DNA of 64,000 nucleotides. It comes from an uncultured delta proteobacterium (GTDB taxonomy: Bacteria; Myxococcota; Myxococcia; Myxococcales; Anaeromyxobacteraceae). Made by a program: the position numbers and the translations under genes. The notes under the pieces are model-generated. The model saw only the letters and a list, made by a program, of their open reading frames with translations. It did no database searches and had not been told where the DNA came from. The stretch is taken from positions 192,001 through 256,000 of the forward strand of contig CAWJSR010000029.1 of NCBI GenBank assembly GCA_963845515.1, read 5' to 3'. This document shows positions 58,190 to 64,000 of this stretch, one piece after another (the stretch's first letter is position 1; the number at the start of each line of letters is the position of its first letter).

Positions 58190-58702
58190 CGCCACTCCCT
58201 CCTCGCGAACCAGACCGTCGCGTAGCCGCCGGCGAAGATGGCCAGCATGAAGGCCCAGCTGCCGGCCGAGAGGAGGCCGCCGCCGGTGAGCGCCTGGCCG
58301 GAGGCGCAGCCGCGCGCCAGCCGCGCGCCGACCCCGAGCAGCACGCCGCCGAAGAGGGCGGCCCAGAGCCGCCAACCTGAGCGACGCCGTCGGCCCCTTC
58401 GTCACCCCCGGCTGCACGCGGCCGGCCGCGTAGGCGGAGACGAAGCCGCCGAGCAGCGTCCCGACCGCGAGGAAGACGTAGTAGTTCAGGAACGGGTGCG
58501 GCTCGGCGACGATCCGCGTGAACGCGGGCGTCGCGGACGCGTGGCCGGGAGCCAGCGCCGAGACCCCGGCGGCCGCGGCGCGCAGCGCCGGGCCGGAGGC
58601 CCCGAGCCCCCTGCCGATGACGAGGTAGGTCGCGGTCAGGACGAGCCCCAGCCCCACCCCGGCGACATAGGGGTTCCAGTGCGGTTTCGGTTCGTTGGGC
58701 AT
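58186..58702 (-). CDS. YeeE/YedE family sulfur transporter (frameshift near 58375)
   Basis: WNPYVAGVGLG...GLGASG, then in the shifted frame GGVLLGVGARLARGCASGQAL...FAGGY; ATGA overlap with the next gene. Confidence 0.85.
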
Positions 58703-58713
58703 GTCGGTGGCCT

Positions 58714-59256
58714 CTAGCGGAGGAAGAAGACCTGCGGGTTCGTGCCGGCCTCCGGCTTGACGACGTCGGCCCGGCGGGTCGCCACCAGCCGCGAGACCGC
58801 GCTCGCCGGCTCGGAGAGATCCCCGAAGGTGAGCGCCCGGGTCGGGCAGGTCGTGACGCACGCCGGCTCGTCGCCGCGCTTCACCCGGTGGAGGCAGAAG
58901 GTGCACTTGTCCACGAAGCCGTGCTCCGGATCCACGTAGCGGGCGCCGTACGGACAGGACGCGATGCAGGCCTTGCAGCCCGTGCACTTGGACCTGGTGA
59001 CGAGCACCACGCCGCCCTCCCCCACGTGGCTCGCGCCGGTGGGGCAGGCGCCGACGCAGGGAGCGTCGCCACACTGGTTGCAGCGCTCCGACCGGATCTG
59101 CATGGAGAGGTCGGGGAAGGTCCCGTGCACCTCCTGGACGATCCAGTCGCGGAACCCGCCGAGCGGCAGCGCGTTCTCGGTCTTGCAGGAGATGACGCAG
59201 GCGTTGCAGCCCACGCAGCGGCGGGTGTCGACCGCCATCCCGTAGCGCTTCTTCAT
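58714..59256 (-). CDS. psrB: 4Fe-4S electron transfer subunit (PsrB/NrfC-like)
   Basis: CVGCNACVISC, CNQCGDAPCVGACP, CTGCKACIASCPY, KCTFC...PACVTTCP. Confidence 0.93.
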   Translation of the reverse strand: MKKRYGMAVDTRRCVGCNACVISCKTENALPLGGFRDWIVQEVHGTFPDLSMQIRSERCNQCGDAPCVGACPTGASHVGEGGVVLVTRSKCTGCKACIASCPYGARYVDPEHGFVDKCTFCLHRVKRGDEPACVTTCPTRALTFGDLSEPASAVSRLVATRRADVVKPEAGTNPQVFFLR

Positions 59257-61494
59257 GCGACCTCCGGCCGCTCGAGCCTGACGAAGTTCACGTTCATGCC
59301 GGTCCCGCCCATGATCGGGTCGGTCTTGTAGCGGGTGGTGAGGGCGGCGTCGGAGCCACCGCGCCCGCGCGCGTACTTGAGCCCCTTCGCGGTCTGCCCC
59401 CAGCCGTGGACCATGAAGACGCAGTCGCCGCGGATCCGCTGCGTCAGCTTCACGCGGACGGGGCCGGTCCTGGCGCCGTCCTGGTTGACCAGCATCACCC
59501 TCTCGCCGTCCTCGAGCGGCCGATCCTCGAAGCCGGCGAGCGCGAGGGCCGCGGAGGCGTTGAGCCACACCTCGTTCTCCGGGTACGGGTCGGCGAGGAG
59601 CCGGTTGTTCACGGTGCGGCCGAAGGTGTGGAGCGGCGCGCGCCCGCTGAGGAGCCGGAACATGCCGGGGGGCCCCTCCTCCTGCGGGACGTAGTTCGGG
59701 AGCGGGTCGAAGCCGAGGTCCTTGAGCTGCTGGCTGAAGATCTCGACCTTCCCCGAGTCGGTGCCGAACTCGAGGCTCGCCCCCTCCTCGACGCAGGTCT
59801 GGATCGGGTCGCCCGAGGAGCACGCCCTTCGCGTTCAGCTCCTCCCAGCTCAGCCCGGCCTCCTCGACGCGCGCCTTCACGTACTCGACCCCGTCGGTCC
59901 ACGGGAAGAACTGTCCGAGGCCGACCTTGCCTGCCAGCTCCTTGGCGATCCACCAGCTCGGCTTCGAGTCGGCGAGCGGCTCGACGGCTGCACGCCGGAT
60001 GGCGATGAACGGCTTGCGCCAAGGCCCGTTCCAGAGGTCGTCCTCACGCTCCAGGTAGGTGCACTCCGGCAGGACGACGTCGGCCCAGCCGGCGATCTCG
60101 GCCGGGAGGACGTCCACCACGGTCAGGTGGTCCAGGTGCTGGATCGCCTCGATCACCTCCGAGCGCTTTGGGAGCGCCTGCATGAGGTTGCAGCCGTACA
60201 CGAGCCAGGCCTTGAGGTCATAGAAGGAGGCGCCCGGCTTCGTCGCGTCGCAGAGCCCCGACGCGAGGACCTCGGTCGCGACCGGGTACTCCTTCCCCTT
60301 GACCACGTCGGCCTTGGGCCGCGCCCCCTCGCGATGCGGGATCGGCGTCGGGAGCTTGTAGGGACCGATGCCCATCTTCTCCTGGAGGACGTAGCCGCCC
60401 CGCCGCCCCCAGTTGCCGAGCAGCGCGACCAGGATGGCCATCGCGCGCTCGCGCTGCGTGTCGTCGCCGTACCAGACGGTGTGGCGCCCGGGGTGGATGA
60501 GCGACGCGGGACGGGCCGAGCCGATGAGCCGGGCCGAGTCCCGGATGAGGTCGGGACGGATCCCGGTGATGGGCCAGGCCCACTCCGGCGTCTTGTCCTT
60601 GACGTGGGCCTTCAGCTCCTCGAAGCCGACCGTCTGCTGGGCCACGAAGTCCGCGTCATAGAGCTTCTCCTCGATGAGGACGTTCGCCCAGGCGAGGAGC
60701 AGCGCGATGTCGGTGCCCGGCTTGATGGGGAGCCAGTAGCGCGCCTTGCCGGCTGCCACCGAGAAGCGCGGGTCGACCACCACCAGCTGCGCGCCACGCC
60801 CGAGGGCGTCGGCGAGCTCCTGCACCTGGGTGTTGTGCATGTTCTCGCCCAGGTGGCTGCCGATCAGGGTGATGACCCTGGCGTTCTCGAGGTCGATCGG
60901 CTCCGGCGATCCCAGCGGCATCCCGAACGTGAGCGTGAAGGCCGCCTCGCGCGGTCCACGGCACTGGGCATAGGACGGCGCGCCGATGTTCGGCGAGCCC
61001 CAGGCCTTCATGAAGTGCTTGAACCAGCCGCCACCGGAGCCGTGGGTGAACAGCGCGAGCGCCTCCGGCCCGTACTTCGCCTTCACCTGCTCGAGCCCCT
61101 CGGCCACCTTCCCGAGCGCGTCGTCCCAGCTCACCTCGACGAACTCGTCCTCGCCCCGCTTGTTCCTCCGGACGAGGGGCTTCCGGAGCCGGTCCGGGTC
61201 GTAGAGGAGCCCGGTGGCCCCCGCCCCTCGCGGGCAGAGCATCCCGCGCGACAGCGGGTGGTGAGGGTTGCCGACCACCTTGGTGACGCGACCTTCCTTC
61301 ACGTGCGCGAGGACGCCGCAGTTCCAGAAGCAGAGCTCGCAGTAGCTCGGGACCACCTTGTCGCCGTCGGTCCGGGGGTCGAGGACGGGGTCTCCGTCGA
61401 GTCCCCACCAGCGGGTCCCGAGCCCGGAGACCACCGCGGCCCCCCCAGCGGAGGCCGCACCGATCCGGATGAACTGCCTGCGAGTCAACGCCAT
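59253..61494 (-). CDS. psrA: Tat-exported molybdopterin oxidoreductase, polysulfide/thiosulfate reductase A-like (frameshift near 59812)
   Basis: TRRQFIR Tat signal; CELCFWNC...C Fe-S motif; Mo-ligand region SYAQCRGP; HPGRH; ADVVLPECTYLER; domain IV HTFGRT...HGWG in a second frame. Confidence 0.88.
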
Positions 61495-61531
61495 GTATCG
61501 CTCCTTGCGCGCCGGGCTACCGAGGCGGGGC

Positions 61532-61825
61532 TCAGCGTGAACACTTCTCCATGCAGCAGACGAGGTCGTGCAGCGCCGGCTCCGTTATCCGGTAGCGCGC
61601 GAAGCCGTTCTCGCGGGTCGCTGCCACCAGCCCCTGCGACCTCAGGATCCTCAGCTGCTGCGAGACGATGGGCTGCGGGGCGTCGAGCCGCCCCGCGAGG
61701 TCTCCCACGGTCTCCTCGCCTGCGCAGAGGACCGCGACGATCCGTATCCGGAGCGGATGCGCCACCGCCTTGAGCACCTCGGCGATGTGCTCGGCCCTGC
61801 GCGCGTCCTTTCGAAGTGGCTTCAT
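61532..61825 (-). CDS. ArsR/SmtB family repressor, Cys-rich (BigR/SqrR-like)
   Basis: LKAVAHPLRIRI, VSQQLRILR wHTH; Cys in AVLCAGE and C-terminal CCMEKC. Confidence 0.88.
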   Translation of the reverse strand: MKPLRKDARRAEHIAEVLKAVAHPLRIRIVAVLCAGEETVGDLAGRLDAPQPIVSQQLRILRSQGLVAATRENGFARYRITEPALHDLVCCMEKCSR

Positions 61826-61833
61826 CGGTCACC

Positions 61834-61855
61834 TAGCGACATTGCTATGTCGCTA
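61834..61855. promoter_or_regulatory. Perfect 9-4-9 inverted repeat, putative ArsR operator
   Basis: TAGCGACAT-TGCT-ATGTCGCTA lies 8 nt upstream of the arsR start codon. Confidence 0.7.
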
Positions 61856-62099
61856 TGGCCCTATGGAAAATCCGGGCCAACCCGGGCGCCCTCAACCCCG
61901 CGTGAATGCTGGGCGTGCACCCGCGCGCACCGCAGGCGTTGCGTCACTACGCGCAGTCCGCGACGCGGCTGCGTCCCTTGCCCCGCTCCCCGGAAGGGGC
62001 GTGCGGCAAGGCGGCGCACGTTCCGGCCACTGGAGCGCTTGTTGGCCCCCCCGAAGAGGCCCCTGTCTTTGGGCGGCAGGGGTATCTACTAGAGGAAGA

Positions 62100-63425
62100 A
62101 TGGAGAGGGACTCGCCAGCCATGCCTCGAGGCGATGAGCGACTGCTCGGCGGACCGCGCCGCGTGGCGCCGCTGTTCATCGCCGTCACCTTCGTCGTCAG
62201 CGGCCTCCTATGGGTCGCCCTGTCCAACCGCGCGATCGATCTCCACGTCGCGGACCCGCGCGTCCGGGCCACGCTGCGCACGCTCGGAGACCTGGGCTTC
62301 GTGGCGTTCTCCGGGGTCATCCTGTTCGTCCTCATCTCCCGGAGCGAGGAGCGGCTGCGCCGCTTCGGGGACGAGCTCCGGGCCACCCTCGACAGCCTCG
62401 GCGACGGCGTGCTGGTGGTCGGCGCGAGCGGGAAGATCGTCGAGATCAACCGCGCCGTGATGGATCTCACCGGCGTCCGCACCAAGGAGGAGCACCTCGT
62501 CCCGGTCGCCGAATGGGCGCTGCGCATGAACCTCCGGCAGCGCGACGGAAGTCCGGTGGTCCCCGAACAGCTCTCGACGCTCCGCGCCCTGCGCGGCGAG
62601 CACCCGGGCCCATACGACGCCGTGCTCAAGCGCACCGACGGCAGCGACCTTCCGGTGTCGATCACCGCGGCGCCGGTCTTCGATCGCTCCGGCCGTCCCC
62701 GGCTGGCCGTCGCGGTCCTCCGCGACACGAGCGAGGCGCTGCGCCTCTCGCAGACGCGCGAGGAGTTGCTCGCCACTGCGGCGCACGAGCTCAAGACGCC
62801 GCTCTCGGTGATCAAGGCCCACGCGCAGCTGCTGCTGCGCCGCGCCGAGCCGGAGCCCGGGCTGCAGGTCATCGTCCGCCAGGTGGACCGGCTCACGCGG
62901 CTCGTGCAGCAGATCCTCGACGCGTCGCGGCTGCGGCTCGACAACGTGGAGCTGCGCTGGGAGCGGCTCGACCTGGCCGAGGCCGCCGCGGTCGTGGTCA
63001 CGGAGCTGGGGCCACGCCCCGGCGGCCATCCGATCACCTTCGAGGGGCTCGGCGGGGCGTGGGTCACGGCGGATCGCGACCGGATCACCCGCGTCGTCAC
63101 GGCCCTCGTCGACAACGCGCTCCGGTTCTCTCCGGCCGACAGCCCGGTCGAGGTGCGGGTAGGCGTGCGAGGCGGGGAGACGATCTTCTCGGTGCTCGAC
63201 CACGGCGTGGGGATCCCTCCCGAGCGGCAGGACCGGGTCTTCGAGCGCTTCTACCGCGCCCACGCGAGCACGCCCGACGACCGCGGCGGCCTCGGCGTCG
63301 GGCTCGACACGTGCCGCGAGATCGTCGCGCGCCACGGCGGCCGGATGTGGTTCCAGAGCGAGCCCGGCACCGGCTCCACGTTCCTCTTCGCCCTGCCGCT
63401 CTCCAGGGAAGGGGCCAGCGCGTGA
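62100..63425 (+). CDS. PAS sensor histidine kinase
   Basis: Two TM segments, PAS, AAHELKTPL, DNALRFS, DHGVGI, GLGVGL, GTGSTF. Confidence 0.9.
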   Translation: MERDSPAMPRGDERLLGGPRRVAPLFIAVTFVVSGLLWVALSNRAIDLHVADPRVRATLRTLGDLGFVAFSGVILFVLISRSEERLRRFGDELRATLDSLGDGVLVVGASGKIVEINRAVMDLTGVRTKEEHLVPVAEWALRMNLRQRDGSPVVPEQLSTLRALRGEHPGPYDAVLKRTDGSDLPVSITAAPVFDRSGRPRLAVAVLRDTSEALRLSQTREELLATAAHELKTPLSVIKAHAQLLLRRAEPEPGLQVIVRQVDRLTRLVQQILDASRLRLDNVELRWERLDLAEAAAVVVTELGPRPGGHPITFEGLGGAWVTADRDRITRVVTALVDNALRFSPADSPVEVRVGVRGGETIFSVLDHGVGIPPERQDRVFERFYRAHASTPDDRGGLGVGLDTCREIVARHGGRMWFQSEPGTGSTFLFALPLSREGASA

Positions 63426-63823
63426 CCGGGCGCCAGTTCGGCGTCCTCGTGGTCGAGGACGACGTCGACCTCCTCTCGCTCATGGAGCTGGTCCTCTCCG
63501 ACGCCGGCTACCGCGTCCGCACCGCGCCGGAGGGGGGGGCCGCGCTCCTCCGCGTCGGCGAGGAGATGCCCGGCCTGATCCTGCTCGACATGCGGATGCC
63601 CGGGATGAACGGGTGGGAGTTCGCACGCCAGTTTCGCGCGCGATACGGGCGCGCCGCCCCGATCGTCGTCGTGACGGCCGCGGAGAACGCGCGGGCGCGC
63701 GCTGCCGAGGTGGAGGCGGACGGATGGCTCTCCAAGCCATTCGAGATCGATGACGTGCTCCGGATCGTCGCGGGACACGCGGGCGCCGCCGCCGGGCACG
63801 AGGGAGCCCCCGCCGGGCCCTGA
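63422..63823 (+). CDS. Single-domain response regulator
   Basis: VLVVEDD, LLDMRMPGMNG, VTA, KPF; GTGA overlap with the kinase. Confidence 0.9.
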   Translation: MTGRQFGVLVVEDDVDLLSLMELVLSDAGYRVRTAPEGGAALLRVGEEMPGLILLDMRMPGMNGWEFARQFRARYGRAAPIVVVTAAENARARAAEVEADGWLSKPFEIDDVLRIVAGHAGAAAGHEGAPAGP

Positions 63824-63831
63824 CGGGTGGT

Positions 63832-64000
63832 TCACCGCAGCGCGTCGGGAGCCACCAGGAAGAGCAACCCGAAGAGGATCAGGAGCGTCCCTGAGATGGC
63901 CTTGAGGGCGCGGGCACCGCGCTCGCCCAGGGTGAGCTTCCGCATCGTGACGACGGCGACGAGCACGATGGTGCCGAGCGGCACGACGTAGGCCACGTTG
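63832..64000 (-). CDS. 3' end of a membrane protein (possibly thioredoxin/glutaredoxin-linked TM domain), truncated by window edge
   Basis: Translation ...NVAYVVPLGTIVLVAVVTMRKLTLGERGARALKAISGTLLILFGLLFLVAPDALR*. Confidence 0.55.
   Translation of the reverse strand, partial: NVAYVVPLGTIVLVAVVTMRKLTLGERGARALKAISGTLLILFGLLFLVAPDALR

Noticed and set aside
56993..59074. Apparent single 693-aa YeeE-YeeE-rhodanese protein
   Set aside because: A frameshift near 58375 joins two genes. The first YeeE ends at TGA 58186 in the corrected frame.
58714..61494. Apparent PsrA-PsrB fusion (926 aa)
   Set aside because: Caused by an extra G near 59812. The true PsrA domain IV ends at 59253 and overlaps the psrB ATG.
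56048..61494. Selenocysteine recoding in the Psr/YeeE operon
   Set aside because: The breaks are frameshifts, not in-frame TGA codons, and the Mo-ligand and YeeE positions are ordinary Cys codons.

Overview
High-GC bacterial chromosome segment. The 16S rRNA sequence and gene content look like Myxococcota (Anaeromyxobacter-like); this is by recognition, not by a database search. In order, the window holds: the end of an FG-GAP/VCBS repeat protein; a SirB1-like gene; tRNA-Asn with promoter and terminator; an accessory block (a small lipoprotein missed by the ORF track, flavin reductase, RsgA, hybrid PAS kinase, divergent TerC/NhaR, CDF, MFS, DUF4440); a complete V/A-type ATPase operon (G-I-K-E-C-F-A-B-D) whose last gene is translationally coupled to a Na+/K+-ATPase-like (P2C) P-type ATPase; mtnP; a full rRNA operon (16S-Ile-Ala-23S-5S, minus strand) behind about seven tandem sigma70-like promoters that include a 137-bp tandem repeat; gmk and yicC; a long LPS/lipid A cluster (Trm112, GT4, split hldE, LpxL-like, lpxK, GT9, waaA, PHP protein, msbA, EF-G2, marC, GT2, lpxB); a CUT1 ABC transporter with mmsA/iolA; a CHASE hybrid kinase; a sulfur-respiration operon (ArsR, PsrA, PsrB, YeeE, YeeE-rhodanese ending in a SoxY-like GGCGG tail, PsrC/NrfD); and a two-component pair. 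About ten genes carry single-base frameshifts, most likely long-read indel errors. The best candidates for new biology are the V/A-ATPase plus P2C-ATPase operon and the Psr operon with the YeeE-rhodanese-GGCGG protein.
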